A model generated the notes under the pieces. It saw only the letters and a program-made list of their open reading frames with translations, did not search any database and was not told where the DNA came from. Below, in pieces: positions 44,303 through 54,398 of a DNA stretch of 64,000 bases; positions within the stretch are counted from its first letter, which is position 1; every line of letters starts with the position of its first letter. Location: NCBI GenBank assembly GCA_026982895.1, contig JALWQW010000019.1:16500-80499 (forward strand). Reading direction: 5' to 3'. The position numbers and the translations under genes were made by a program. This DNA is from Candidatus Micrarchaeota archaeon. GTDB taxonomy: Archaea > Micrarchaeota > Micrarchaeia > Anstonellales > J096.

Positions 44303-47068
44303 TTATTGTCCTTTAAACTTCTCACGGATATAATCAACTATTTTTAAGGTGTTCTCTCTAAGAGCGTCGTCTTTTTCTATTCTTGGGATGAGCTTTTCCA
44401 TTACATAGCCTACTTCTCCATTCTCCTTTCTAGGGGCTATAGCCTCTTGAAAATCCTCCTTCCATCCTGTTTTTAGACTGTAGTCTATAACAGCATCTAT
44501 GAAGGCTTTTACTTCCCTCGCCAGGTTATTTTTCTTAACAGCTTCTGCTAATGCATGAGTGTATATGCCTACTGCTAATATATTTACTACTTGCTCATAT
44601 TCCAAATAACCTGCTTTGGAGTGGCTCTCCTTTATCATATTTGTACTTTTTTCAATGAGGTGTGTTAAGAGCTTCCACATCTTTGCGTGATTTTTGTATT
44701 CTTCTGTTATCTCTACGAGGTCTTGTTTAGCCTTTTCATAATAAAGAATGCCCTTATCTGCGTTTCCTAGAAGGATATTCTTTATGATTTTTATAGGTCT
44801 TTGGAGTTGCACAATATCCTCAAGGATTCCCTTTTTACATTTAAAGTTGTTTTTGCTTCTTTGCCCCTTGTGGGTAGTTATTCCTATCATATTTATAAGA
44901 CCTGCCACGTAATTAGCTGCTTTACCCTCATATTTTATGAGCTCGTCTCTACTCTCTGCTACATACATGCCCACAACATTCCTAAAAAATTCTCTTAAAA
45001 CATCTCTTTTAGTTTTATTTACTAAAACCCCGCTCATAATCTCTGTGATAGGCACAATATATCTTCTACCATCAGATACTATTGTTATAGATGTTTTTTT
45101 CTTTCTCGGAACTAACACTTTCTTTTCCGTTAACACCGCCTTAAATAGCAAATCTTCTTCGATGCTTTTCTCTCCTGTCAATGCTAGACTTGGTGGGTAA
45201 AAACTTTTAATTTCCTCTAGGAATTTTTTCTTCTCATTATCTGTTAAGTCATTTATTATCGATGCTAAGATATACCTAGCTCCCACTAACTTCGTCGTGC
45301 TTTTACTCTCCCAAGGCAAGGATGTTTTTCCAACATGCCTCTTCCTTTGTGCAGCTATTTTTATTATTTTCTCAATAGCTTTTCTTCTGAGTGATGGGTT
45401 AGCATTTTCAGTTTTCAGTATATCTATACAGCCTTTAACGATGTGTGGTATACTTATTTCTTCCTCACTATTTACTTTGAAGCGCTTCCCAATCTTTTCG
45501 AAGTCTAAACTTACACCATGCTCTTTAAATACATCCTCAAATTCTTTATCTTCATAGACAATTAAAAGATGTGGGTAGTTTATGAAAAAGCGATTTATTT
45601 CATCCTCAAATTCTGTATTATTCAGCTTTGAGCTTACTTCTATAGTTGCTAGAATTCTATCCAGTGCTCCTTCTAAACTAGAGAAATCGCTGTCGAGAGG
45701 CACAGATTCGGCAGCCGTTGATAACATGCTTTCTCTACCCTCTGGTGTTTCATGGAGCGCTTTACCTACCTTATAGACAATTTTCATGAGCTCTTGTTTT
45801 TCTTTCCCAGAAAGCCTCTTATATTTATTTCCCATTACCGACTTCATAAACTTCATTGTATCCTTAATCATTTCATCTACTTCTTCTATCAAAGGTCCTG
45901 CACTTTCTTCAATTTTTTCATCTTTGCTTTCTTTGGCTATTCTTTCTTCTTCGACACTTTTATCTTTTTTGAGACTAAGAGTCCCCTCTTTAACCTCTTT
46001 ACTTTCACTGATGCCTTCCTTTTCTTCTCTAACCTCTTTGCGCTCAACAGTGTCTTTTTCTTCTTTAACTTCTTCCTTCTCAACAATCTCTTTTTTCTCT
46101 AAACTTTCTTTCTCCTCTTCTATTTTTTCTTTCTTAATAACTTTTTCCTTTGCCACTTTCTCTCTTTTAGGAGGGCGTCCTCGCTTTCTTGGCGTTTTTT
46201 TCTCTTCTGCATGCACGCCAATAATCTTCCCTATGTTAATAAGCACTTTATCGTCGCTGTGAGAAAGCACTTCTTTAAGTTCCTCTTTGAATATGGCATT
46301 CTTTTTAAACTCGGATAAGCTGCTCACAACCCTAAAGCTGAGCTGGGCTTTTTCCTCTTCATCTAGATTGCGGAGGTAAAGATTCCAATAAAGGTCTTCA
46401 ACCCCCCCTTTTTCCAAGGCTGCAATATATTCTCCTATATTGTCTTTGCCTTCAACAACAGCAATAAACCTCTCTTTATCTAACTCTCCGTCTTTAAATG
46501 CGTCTACAAGCTCCTCTGGCTCCATCTCATCAAAACGCTCTCCACTTATCTCATTAACGATGGCTGATAAGATACTGCTCTTTTCAATGGCTTTGCTTTC
46601 AGAATATTTCTCGATTTTTGATTTAAGCTCATCTAAAAACTCAGGATTATCTTCGATCTCTTTTTTAGCGATACTTACTGCTAACTCATAGGCTTTTTCG
46701 TCTTTGGTGGCGTTGGCCACAAGGTTGTAAAAATAAGCCCTGCCCTTATCGCTCTTCTCAATAAGCTTATAGCCTCTTTCCCTGACATTTGCATCGCTGT
46801 ATATTAAACTAGCCGCTATTAACCTTCGAAGAAATGCCTTATCTGTTTTTTCTAATGCCTCCAAATCCTCTTTGCTCAATTCGTCCAACGCCTTTAATAC
46901 CTTGCTTCTTTTAATAGGATTAATCGAGAAAGACCATTCCAATATAATTTTTACTTTCTCGGCATGTCCTAGGTTTTTGTCTTCTAGGGGGTCATACGCC
47001 ATTAGACCCCTTTTTCCTTTAGTCTCCTGCCTGACTTTCTTTGTCTTGATTTTTTTGTGCCTTACCAT
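44303..47068 (-). CDS. Hypothetical 921-aa helical protein with an AT-hook-like motif and an E/K-rich linker
   Basis: HEAT-like segments, KKTPRKRGRPPKREK, then a low-complexity E/K stretch. Confidence 0.6.
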   Translation of the reverse strand: MVRHKKIKTKKVRQETKGKRGLMAYDPLEDKNLGHAEKVKIILEWSFSINPIKRSKVLKALDELSKEDLEALEKTDKAFLRRLIAASLIYSDANVRERGYKLIEKSDKGRAYFYNLVANATKDEKAYELAVSIAKKEIEDNPEFLDELKSKIEKYSESKAIEKSSILSAIVNEISGERFDEMEPEELVDAFKDGELDKERFIAVVEGKDNIGEYIAALEKGGVEDLYWNLYLRNLDEEEKAQLSFRVVSSLSEFKKNAIFKEELKEVLSHSDDKVLINIGKIIGVHAEEKKTPRKRGRPPKREKVAKEKVIKKEKIEEEKESLEKKEIVEKEEVKEEKDTVERKEVREEKEGISESKEVKEGTLSLKKDKSVEEERIAKESKDEKIEESAGPLIEEVDEMIKDTMKFMKSVMGNKYKRLSGKEKQELMKIVYKVGKALHETPEGRESMLSTAAESVPLDSDFSSLEGALDRILATIEVSSKLNNTEFEDEINRFFINYPHLLIVYEDKEFEDVFKEHGVSLDFEKIGKRFKVNSEEEISIPHIVKGCIDILKTENANPSLRRKAIEKIIKIAAQRKRHVGKTSLPWESKSTTKLVGARYILASIINDLTDNEKKKFLEEIKSFYPPSLALTGEKSIEEDLLFKAVLTEKKVLVPRKKKTSITIVSDGRRYIVPITEIMSGVLVNKTKRDVLREFFRNVVGMYVAESRDELIKYEGKAANYVAGLINMIGITTHKGQRSKNNFKCKKGILEDIVQLQRPIKIIKNILLGNADKGILYYEKAKQDLVEITEEYKNHAKMWKLLTHLIEKSTNMIKESHSKAGYLEYEQVVNILAVGIYTHALAEAVKKNNLAREVKAFIDAVIDYSLKTGWKEDFQEAIAPRKENGEVGYVMEKLIPRIEKDDALRENTLKIVDYIREKFKGQ

Positions 47069-47197
47069 GCCTTAATTGTTTTACAAAATGTTTTTAAATG
47101 AATACTTTTATCATAAATATATCATACAATCTGCTTATTGATTTGTTATACTAAATATGTGATAAAAATAGACCTAAAAAGCAGAAGAAATAAAAAA

Positions 47198-47902
47198 TTA
47201 AAGAACCTTCTCCGTTGGATAAACTTTTACACCGTCAGCAGTTATTTTCATAGGAACGAGGTTTTGGCTATGAGATGTCCCACGCATCTTGTAGATTTCC
47301 AAAGCCCTCACCCTGCTGCTTCCTCTCTCGAGATTGTAGAGGTTTATAATACCATCCATAATGTAATGCTCTAATTTATACTTTAAGTCCATCTCAGCAT
47401 TCGCCGCCTCGACGAGGAAATAGACGGTCGTATCAAAGGTCTTTAATAAATTTAAAAATTCCACCATGCTCTTCCTGTAGTCATAGTCATTAGTGAACAT
47501 GGATTCAACAACCGTTGAAGAATCTATGACGAGACGGGTGGCGTTGTCATTAACTACTGTGCTCTCCACCATTTCTATAATAGCATCTAGATTATAAGCT
47601 TCAGGCTTCTTAACCAATATTTGCTTATCAAACATATCTGATAAGTCAGTCAAGCTGGAGAACACGGCTGTTGCGTTTTCTTTAATCTGCTCAGGCGGTT
47701 CTTCAAGGGATAAATAGAGGCCTGTTTCGCCAGCTTTAGCTCCTGCATAGAGATATTGAATAGAGAATGTTGTCTTACCAGTACCAGGACCACCGAATAC
47801 TGCTACATGTCTATTTTTTGGCAATCCACCATTTAACATCTCATCCAAACCCTCTATGCCTGAAGATATCCTTTCCAATGCCATACTCTCACCCTTTGCC
47901 AT
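47198..47902 (-). CDS. KaiC/RAD55-family single-domain RecA-fold ATPase
   Basis: RISSGIEGLDEML.GG, GGPGTGKT, SLEE, LVIDS, RALEIYKMRG. Confidence 0.9.
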   Translation of the reverse strand: MAKGESMALERISSGIEGLDEMLNGGLPKNRHVAVFGGPGTGKTTFSIQYLYAGAKAGETGLYLSLEEPPEQIKENATAVFSSLTDLSDMFDKQILVKKPEAYNLDAIIEMVESTVVNDNATRLVIDSSTVVESMFTNDYDYRKSMVEFLNLLKTFDTTVYFLVEAANAEMDLKYKLEHYIMDGIINLYNLERGSSRVRALEIYKMRGTSHSQNLVPMKITADGVKVYPTEKVL

Positions 47903-47923
47903 TGAATAGAAGGGCTTTAAAAA

Positions 47924-49264
47924 TCAATCCCTCCTCTCTCTGTAGTAAATGTAGCTTATGCTCTTCGTAGAGTGTCCTTTCAGTGTGTATGTTTTTGAAA
48001 ACTCCCTGTACTTATTTCCATTAACTTCAATGTACGATAAATCTTCCCATGAAGGCACCCTCAAATTTACCTCCACATCTTCTTTATTATCACCGGCGTT
48101 TCTAAGCGTAATCTCGCCTTTATAGACATAAAACTTATTCCCATTAATCAACTTACTCTCTGCTTTTCCAACAGTTCTCCTTGCTAGAACTTTCATATTT
48201 TGTCCTATGCTTAATTCTTGGCTTTGCTTTGCAGCTGTATCCGATAAATAAGTTATGCCTTGTATAGCCCCATTCTCTAGAACATATAATTTTCCTCTTG
48301 GCAAAGCAGCTGATGGTGTTATATTTGCGTATAAAGGCAATTCCCTCTCATCCTGACTATAATCCAATCTGTAGGGTGTGTATTTGCTGTATATGTGCAG
48401 AGTTGTGCTGCCTACATTTATTGGTAAAGTTGTATCCTCTTCTCCTATACTGACATTGCCCAAATCGAACACATAATGCAGAGAACTTTCTTCAATGCTT
48501 GGCGCTGGAGAAACGCTTGCCATGCCCAATCCCTCTGTTTTGGCAAATATTGGATATATTTCTCTACCTGAATTGATATCCACCCCAACTTCTAATCTGG
48601 CGTTTCCTTCGAAGGGAAGAAGGCTCTTTGGCACATGAATATTTGCCAACGCTGAGAGCTTTTCATTGCTTAAATCCAATGTATAAGTAACATCCCAGCC
48701 TCCATTGAATATGGAATATCTATACCCTTCACCTTCATCGACTTTTGTAAATGATAATAATCTGCTTTTGTTTATTGGGGAGAGACTCTCGATTTTGAAG
48801 ACATCATCTTTATTGATGTAGAGCTCTTTGCCATCCTTCAATTTCAATCTTACGAATGGGTTTGTGCTTTCCAATTCACCCTCGTAAGTTGACCCGCTCC
48901 TCAATGTTACCCTATATCTGATGGCGCTGCTCCTCTCTTCTACATACCTCAGCTTAACATTGCCTGTATAAAACACATTTATCATATCATCATAATTGGC
49001 GAGCTCGTCGCCTGATTTAATTGGCTCCACTAATAGGACGCCGCTCGGATAAAAGGTTAATGTATTGCTCGTTATAAGAGGAGCCCCTATTTTTTCCACT
49101 CCCTCTGCTTGAATGCTAGAAGGTGCTGGTGCCATTGGAACATTTAATGGGTTGCCACCAGCCACGCTACTTGAATTTCCATTTAAAGCAGTCTGTTGGA
49201 CACATCCTGCCAAGAAGAGCGTTAAAATAAGGGGCAACAAAAGGATTGTTATACTGAATTTCAT
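47924..49264 (-). CDS. Lipoprotein with a DUF4139-like C-terminal domain
   Basis: Lipobox LFLAGC; YVFDLG.VSI, LPRGKLYV, L.IG...V.A.R, ITLRN pattern. Confidence 0.6.
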   Translation of the reverse strand: MKFSITILLLPLILTLFLAGCVQQTALNGNSSSVAGGNPLNVPMAPAPSSIQAEGVEKIGAPLITSNTLTFYPSGVLLVEPIKSGDELANYDDMINVFYTGNVKLRYVEERSSAIRYRVTLRSGSTYEGELESTNPFVRLKLKDGKELYINKDDVFKIESLSPINKSRLLSFTKVDEGEGYRYSIFNGGWDVTYTLDLSNEKLSALANIHVPKSLLPFEGNARLEVGVDINSGREIYPIFAKTEGLGMASVSPAPSIEESSLHYVFDLGNVSIGEEDTTLPINVGSTTLHIYSKYTPYRLDYSQDERELPLYANITPSAALPRGKLYVLENGAIQGITYLSDTAAKQSQELSIGQNMKVLARRTVGKAESKLINGNKFYVYKGEITLRNAGDNKEDVEVNLRVPSWEDLSYIEVNGNKYREFSKTYTLKGHSTKSISYIYYRERRD

Positions 49265-50166
49265 TCATTCACCTCTGTTATCCAATGTTTGTATTTTTCA
49301 ACCTTTCCTCTGACGACATCTTTGTATAAAGAGCGAAGCTTACTCGTTACCTCGCCAGCATCCCCATTTCCAATACTTACTCCATTCACTTCTTTTATGG
49401 GAACAACTTCAGCAGCAGTGCCTGTGAAGAAGGCTTCGTCTGCAAAAAAGACTTCTGCTAAGCTTATGGGCCTCTCCAAAACCTCATAACCCAAATCTCT
49501 TGCTAATTCCATAACAGTGTTTCTCGTTATTCCCTCTAATATGTCTTCGCTTGGTGGTGGCGTTATGACGCGCTTGCCTTTGACTATGAAAAAGTTTTCA
49601 CCAGGACCCTCAGCCACTCTCCCATGTATGTTCAAGAATAGGGATTCATCGTATCCTGCTTTTTGTGCTTCTCTTGTTGCCAATATGCTATTCACATAAT
49701 TTGTAGATAGCTTAGCCATTACCGGCACTGATTGGGAGGGCATTTTCCGCCAATCACTGACATGGATGCGGATAGGTTTATCGCCGAGGAGTGGTGGGAA
49801 AGGAATCGTCGCTACTGCAAAGTGTGGCTTGCATTTTCCTATGTTGCTTAGCCCGAGAGTGCCTTCTGCGAGGTAGTAAATAGGCCTTATATACATGTCG
49901 CCAAGGTCTTTATTGGCTCTCACCGTCTTTACTGACGCGTCTGCTATCTCCTCTGCAGAAAGCTTCTTCTCACCCATGAGAATTTTTATGCTTATTTCCA
50001 TCCTTTTGCTGTGCTCAGGAAGGCGGAAGATGCCTATATTGCCGTTTTCCAATTTGTAGCCACGAATACCTTCAAAAGCAGCGTCGCCGTAGTGAAGGCT
50101 ATGAGCCAAGAGTGGGACACTAACCTCGTCGTATTCTTTCAACTCACCATCATACCAAACTAACAT
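49261..50166 (-). CDS. ilvE: Branched-chain amino acid aminotransferase (PLP class IV)
   Basis: LHYGDAAFEGIRGY, IFRLPEHSKRM, AKLSTNY, EGPGENFF, ILEGITR, EAFFTGTAAE. Confidence 0.95.
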   Translation of the reverse strand: MLVWYDGELKEYDEVSVPLLAHSLHYGDAAFEGIRGYKLENGNIGIFRLPEHSKRMEISIKILMGEKKLSAEEIADASVKTVRANKDLGDMYIRPIYYLAEGTLGLSNIGKCKPHFAVATIPFPPLLGDKPIRIHVSDWRKMPSQSVPVMAKLSTNYVNSILATREAQKAGYDESLFLNIHGRVAEGPGENFFIVKGKRVITPPPSEDILEGITRNTVMELARDLGYEVLERPISLAEVFFADEAFFTGTAAEVVPIKEVNGVSIGNGDAGEVTSKLRSLYKDVVRGKVEKYKHWITEVNE

Positions 50167-50244
50167 GCCACCTTTTGATAAGAAGTTTTTTAATGGTTGG
50201 CGTTTTTCGGCAACGCTATTAAACCCTTCTCTCCTTTTAATGGC

Positions 50245-50895
50245 ATGGATGAAATATTCAATGGTGTGTGGCGAAGAGGAAATGAAATATATACTCTCAA
50301 CGCCGTACCTGGGAAGCGCGTTTATGGTGAGAAACTTATAAGGGACAATGGCAAAGAATACCGTCGCTGGGACCCTTATAGAAGTAAGCTGGCGGCGGCT
50401 ATATTGAAAGGCCTAAAAGCTTTCCCATTCAAAGATGACAGCACAGTCCTTTACCTTGGAGCTAGCACGGGCACAACCGTTAGCCACCTTTCAGACATAT
50501 GTTTAAATGGTGTCATATTCGCCGTTGAAGTAGCCCCTCAAATGATGGAGAAGCTCATGGTTGTTGCAGAAGATAGGGAGAACATTGTCCCAATTTTAGC
50601 TGACGCTAGGAAACCAGAAACCTATGAAGATGTTGGCAAAGTTGATATTCTCTATCAGGATGTTGCCCAACCAGATCAAGTGAGAATCTTCGTTTTAAAT
50701 GCCGAGAAATTTTTGAAGAATGGCGGCGATGCGTTCATCGCCCTTAAAACCCACAGCATAGATGTAACTAAGAGCAAGGAGGAAACTCTTGAAGCTGCTA
50801 AGGCTGAAATAGAGAAGTCCTTAACTATAAGGCAAGTGGTTGACATAGCTCCTTATGACGCTGAGCATTACTTCATTCACGCGGTGAAGGAATGA
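50245..50895 (+). CDS. flpA: Fibrillarin (box C/D RNP 2'-O-methyltransferase)
   Basis: VYGE, WDPYRSKLAAAI, LYLGASTGTTVSH, DVAQPDQ. Confidence 0.96.
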   Translation: MDEIFNGVWRRGNEIYTLNAVPGKRVYGEKLIRDNGKEYRRWDPYRSKLAAAILKGLKAFPFKDDSTVLYLGASTGTTVSHLSDICLNGVIFAVEVAPQMMEKLMVVAEDRENIVPILADARKPETYEDVGKVDILYQDVAQPDQVRIFVLNAEKFLKNGGDAFIALKTHSIDVTKSKEETLEAAKAEIEKSLTIRQVVDIAPYDAEHYFIHAVKE

Positions 50896-51362
50896 ATTGG
50901 AGGGGCCATGTTCTCTTTGCTTTGCTTTTAACCTTTGTTTCAGCTTTAGCATGTCAAACCCTTCATTTATCTACATTATGGGAATACCTTTGGGCAATAC
51001 CTATAATTGTATTCGGTGCTCTTTTCCCAGATATAGATATTGAGACAAGTAAAGCCCAGCGCATCGTTAATTTTCTTGTCATAGTTGTGGCATTGGCATA
51101 TTCATTTACAACGCCGGCAGCCTTTTTGAATGGGGGTTGGAGATTTGCGCTGGAAATCCTTGGAGCTTATTTTATTGTTGTTTATATTTTCAAGCCGTCT
51201 CATAGAGGCATAACTCATACGCTTTTTTCAGCATTTGTATTCAGCGCTTTCGTATATCTTGTGTTTAATCTTTCCTATGCATGCTATGGCTTGATAGCAT
51301 ATATTAGCCATTTAATAGCCGATAGCCATCTTCGTTTTTTACCGAAAATAAGAAGGAAATAA
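50892..51362 (+). CDS. YdjM-like membrane metal-dependent hydrolase
   Basis: H...GALFPDID, HRGITHT, SHLIAD. Confidence 0.85.
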   Translation: MNWRGHVLFALLLTFVSALACQTLHLSTLWEYLWAIPIIVFGALFPDIDIETSKAQRIVNFLVIVVALAYSFTTPAAFLNGGWRFALEILGAYFIVVYIFKPSHRGITHTLFSAFVFSAFVYLVFNLSYACYGLIAYISHLIADSHLRFLPKIRRK

Positions 51363-51374
51363 AAAAAGCAAAAT

Positions 51375-51614
51375 TTACTCGCTCTGTTGAGTTACGATGA
51401 TTACATCTTCAACAGATTTTACATTCTCATATTTTACGCTTTTATCCTTAAGCATGCGCTTTAAGTGTTCTTCACTCTTTGGCACCTCATCTAAGAAGAT
51501 GCGAGATACTTCTCTTTTTTCTACATCCACCAAGAACTCTTGGGCAGTGCCCAAAAACTTACCAGCATCTGTGAATACATCCATGCCATACATATCTGAG
51601 AGCCTCTTTGTCAT
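51375..51614 (-). CDS. PRC-barrel protein (CdpB-like cell-division family)
   Basis: LSDMYGMDVFTDAGKFLG...VD...V...VKSVEDVIIV. Confidence 0.8.
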   Translation of the reverse strand: MTKRLSDMYGMDVFTDAGKFLGTAQEFLVDVEKREVSRIFLDEVPKSEEHLKRMLKDKSVKYENVKSVEDVIIVTQQSE

Positions 51615-51648
51615 TGCTTACACCCAATAGCTTATTATATGCCAATAT

Positions 51649-52419
51649 TTATAAAGCTTTCTTCATCGCTTTCGTTTTTTCTCGCCAGAAAGCTGTTGCT
51701 TCTTCTTCGAAGCCCCTTATCTCAGCAGGTATTATGAAGGAGTAAGGATGCTTTATTTTGCTTTTAAAAGCTTCTAATTCGTCGATAGTGCCGAATAAAA
51801 GAAGCTCATCACTCCTACCGGCTCTGCTTATAATAAACAACTCCTTTTCATTGATAACCTTCTTCTCTGCATCGATTTTTCTCATAGTTTCAAAAGCCTC
51901 ATTAATGTCCATAGGCTTCCCATCGCTTATATCCACGAGCATGAGTGTGTGAAAGCCGCAGGTGATGTTTTTTGCTATTCTATCGAAAGCTGATGTGGGT
52001 TTGTAATTTGGCAGCCATTTTGGCAGCGTAACTGTTCCGCCGAATCGATAAGGGCTTAAGCCCGTTTTCCCGACGACATTGAATATGGACGAGGCATGCT
52101 CAACCCTCACTTCAAAACCCCGCTTTATCGCTTCTATGTAAAGCGTCGTATGCGTTGTAGCAAAGAATGGCTCTCCTACAACCAGAAGGGTTAATGAGCC
52201 AAGCTCTTCAGCTCTATTTAACAGAGCGTTGCCCTCCAACTCTTTTCTTTCAGCTATTTTTATTTCTTTGCCCACCGCATTGCTGATTCTTTCTTTTATA
52301 TCGTCGACTATAACAGTATAGTTATCAAGCCATACCTCCTCACTACTCTCTATAAGCGCCTTACCTCTCTCTGTTAAAGACAAGCTTAGGCCCAGACCGA
52401 CTATATTGAGAGTTGCCAT
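51649..52419 (-). CDS. dph5: Diphthine synthase
   Basis: IVGLGL, LLVVGEPFFATTH, HASSI, GLSPYRFG.TVTLP, HTLMLVDI. Confidence 0.93.
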   Translation of the reverse strand: MATLNIVGLGLSLSLTERGKALIESSEEVWLDNYTVIVDDIKERISNAVGKEIKIAERKELEGNALLNRAEELGSLTLLVVGEPFFATTHTTLYIEAIKRGFEVRVEHASSIFNVVGKTGLSPYRFGGTVTLPKWLPNYKPTSAFDRIAKNITCGFHTLMLVDISDGKPMDINEAFETMRKIDAEKKVINEKELFIISRAGRSDELLLFGTIDELEAFKSKIKHPYSFIIPAEIRGFEEEATAFWREKTKAMKKAL

Positions 52420-53229
52420 TTAAACACCTGCCATCATTCGGAGTATATCTCTAAATCCTGGTGCTAAACCGATAGTGAGAACTGCTAATAGAATAAGATT
52501 GCCTTCATCTTCCTTTGCTTCCTTTCTCACTAAATATGCGACTAAGAATGCCAGGACAACTTTTAGTAAGAAAAATATGTGGTAGCCGAAAGCTTCCCCT
52601 ATGAATGATGAGACAACATGCTGCTCACCATATCCATAGAATGTTGTGGCTGTAAATGTCGCTGCACCGTCTAATGCCTGAGCTAATACTGCCCACAAAG
52701 CTAATTTATCTTCGCCAAAGAATTTGTAGGTTAAAGCATACACTAGGCCTACCAAAATGGCTGGAAGAACCAGGCGAGACCAAAACCTTATCGCTGGGAA
52801 TAATAGGAGAATGTGCAATGCGAAGAGGCCTATGCCAATTTTATATGTTAAATCCTCCTTTTCATACTTCTTTTCAGCCCAATATGTGAGGAAGAACAGC
52901 ACTGCCACGAATACATATATGGCTGGGCTGACATTAAACCAATTCCATTGGTAGAGGTTGTAGAGACCTCCTTTAAGAGCTTCACCATATACCGCATCTG
53001 TGATAACTCGTTTTGTGCTGCCGAATAGAAGCCATGGAATAAGGGCTTTGGCAAACCCCTTATCGAATTTCCACCCCTCTTTTTCGAACCATTTATACAC
53101 AAAAAAGAGGCTGATTAAAGCCAATACTGCATAGGTTATTGTATTAACTGGATTGTAGCCTGCATGTTGATTTATAGGTTGAATATAATATGTGAAAAAA
53201 AAGTCGCCTAAATTCATGCTCAGCCTCAT
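52420..53229 (-). CDS. DUF63 family membrane protein
   Basis: GYNPVNTITYA, QALDGAATF, YGEQHVV, GLAPGFRD. Confidence 0.85.
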   Translation of the reverse strand: MRLSMNLGDFFFTYYIQPINQHAGYNPVNTITYAVLALISLFFVYKWFEKEGWKFDKGFAKALIPWLLFGSTKRVITDAVYGEALKGGLYNLYQWNWFNVSPAIYVFVAVLFFLTYWAEKKYEKEDLTYKIGIGLFALHILLLFPAIRFWSRLVLPAILVGLVYALTYKFFGEDKLALWAVLAQALDGAATFTATTFYGYGEQHVVSSFIGEAFGYHIFFLLKVVLAFLVAYLVRKEAKEDEGNLILLAVLTIGLAPGFRDILRMMAGV

Positions 53230-53723
53230 AAGTTTTGGTATTTATATGAACCTTCATATTCTTCCATATCTTTTTCTGTGCGGAGGAAAAAGATTTGTCC
53301 GATTCTGGCATTCTTTTTAAGTACGAGGCCATGAGGATTATGCACCGCCAACGCCACTTCACCCCTTCCAACATAGCCAGGGTCCCAGAGGGCTGTGTAA
53401 ATGGTTGCGCCTGCCCTCGTCAGTGTGCTTCTAGGTAAGCAGAGAGCTATGGCGTTTTTTGGTATTCTGACAATCTCGTTTATAACTACTTTGTATATAC
53501 CTGGCTTCAACTCAAGCCTGTCGTTTTCCCAAGCTAGGGGTTCATATTCAGGGAGTTTTCTTTCTTTATTGTCAAAATCAACCAATGCAGGACCTTTCGC
53601 CACATAAACCTCTCTCGCTGTAACATCCACGCCTGCCTGCTGTTTTTGCACATTCTCGTCTAGTACTTCAACAATCTTTTTGGCTAAAAGCTCATCTGGA
53701 GAAATAACTGCCATGCTTGGCAA
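53226..53723 (-). CDS. Trimeric dUTPase / dCTP deaminase family protein
   Basis: QQAGVD, PRSTLTR, WDPGYVG, RIGQ, YEGSY. Confidence 0.88.
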   Translation of the reverse strand: MPSMAVISPDELLAKKIVEVLDENVQKQQAGVDVTAREVYVAKGPALVDFDNKERKLPEYEPLAWENDRLELKPGIYKVVINEIVRIPKNAIALCLPRSTLTRAGATIYTALWDPGYVGRGEVALAVHNPHGLVLKKNARIGQIFFLRTEKDMEEYEGSYKYQNL

Positions 53724-53737
53724 TGGTAAGAAAGGTT

Positions 53738-54292
53738 TTAATATAATAACTTCGCCAACGCTTCCTCCAATGCGCCATCTTCTTTTATGAGTTGTGCTTC
53801 GAAGCCAGCCTTCTTAGCGGATTGAATATTTTCCTCTTTATCATCGAAGTATATGAGCTTTTCTTCGCCTTCTTGTGTTAGCGCCATTTTTACATTGGCA
53901 AAAAACATTTCTTCAGGTTTTTTCATCGTGCAGCAGCCAGATATATAGACGCCCATAACATTCTTCTCAAAAAATCGTTTGTAAATGTGGATGCCCCAAT
54001 CACAAGGCATGTTCGTCAGCAGATAAAGATTATATTTTCCGACGAGCTTTTCAAAGGCTGAAAAGTCCTTCCTCCTCTTAACATATCTATCTAGGAATGC
54101 TCGCTGCTCATCAATGCTTAACAATTCGTTGAGTGCTTTGGCATCTCCCCTGCTTGCTAGTTTATATCGTCTTTTTATCTCTCCATAGGGTAAATTTAAT
54201 CCTTTATCTTCATTTATATAGGGTGTCATAGCGTGCTTTATTAGATGTGCAGGATCTAGAAGCACGCCCATAACATCGAATATTAATTTCAT
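53738..54292 (-). CDS. HAD-superfamily hydrolase
   Basis: IFDVMGVL, LLTN, KKPEE.FF, YFDDKEENI.SA...G. Confidence 0.88.
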   Translation of the reverse strand: MKLIFDVMGVLLDPAHLIKHAMTPYINEDKGLNLPYGEIKRRYKLASRGDAKALNELLSIDEQRAFLDRYVKRRKDFSAFEKLVGKYNLYLLTNMPCDWGIHIYKRFFEKNVMGVYISGCCTMKKPEEMFFANVKMALTQEGEEKLIYFDDKEENIQSAKKAGFEAQLIKEDGALEEALAKLLY

Positions 54293-54335
54293 GCTTTCAT
54301 TTGAAGCATATTCTTTTAATCTTTTATCACTTTTG

Positions 54336-54360
54336 ACTTTACAACCTAACTTTACAACCT
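54336..54360. repeat. Tandem 12-bp direct repeat in the divergent HAD/DRG promoter region
   Basis: ACTTTACAACCT at 54336-54347 and 54349-54360. Confidence 0.6.
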
Positions 54361-54398
54361 CGCCACAGCTTTAAACTTTTCTATGGAATAAGCCTCTG

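Noticed and set aside
47198-47902. Circadian clock KaiC
   Set aside because: Single domain with no kaiA or kaiB nearby; this is the common archaeal KaiC/RAD55-like family.
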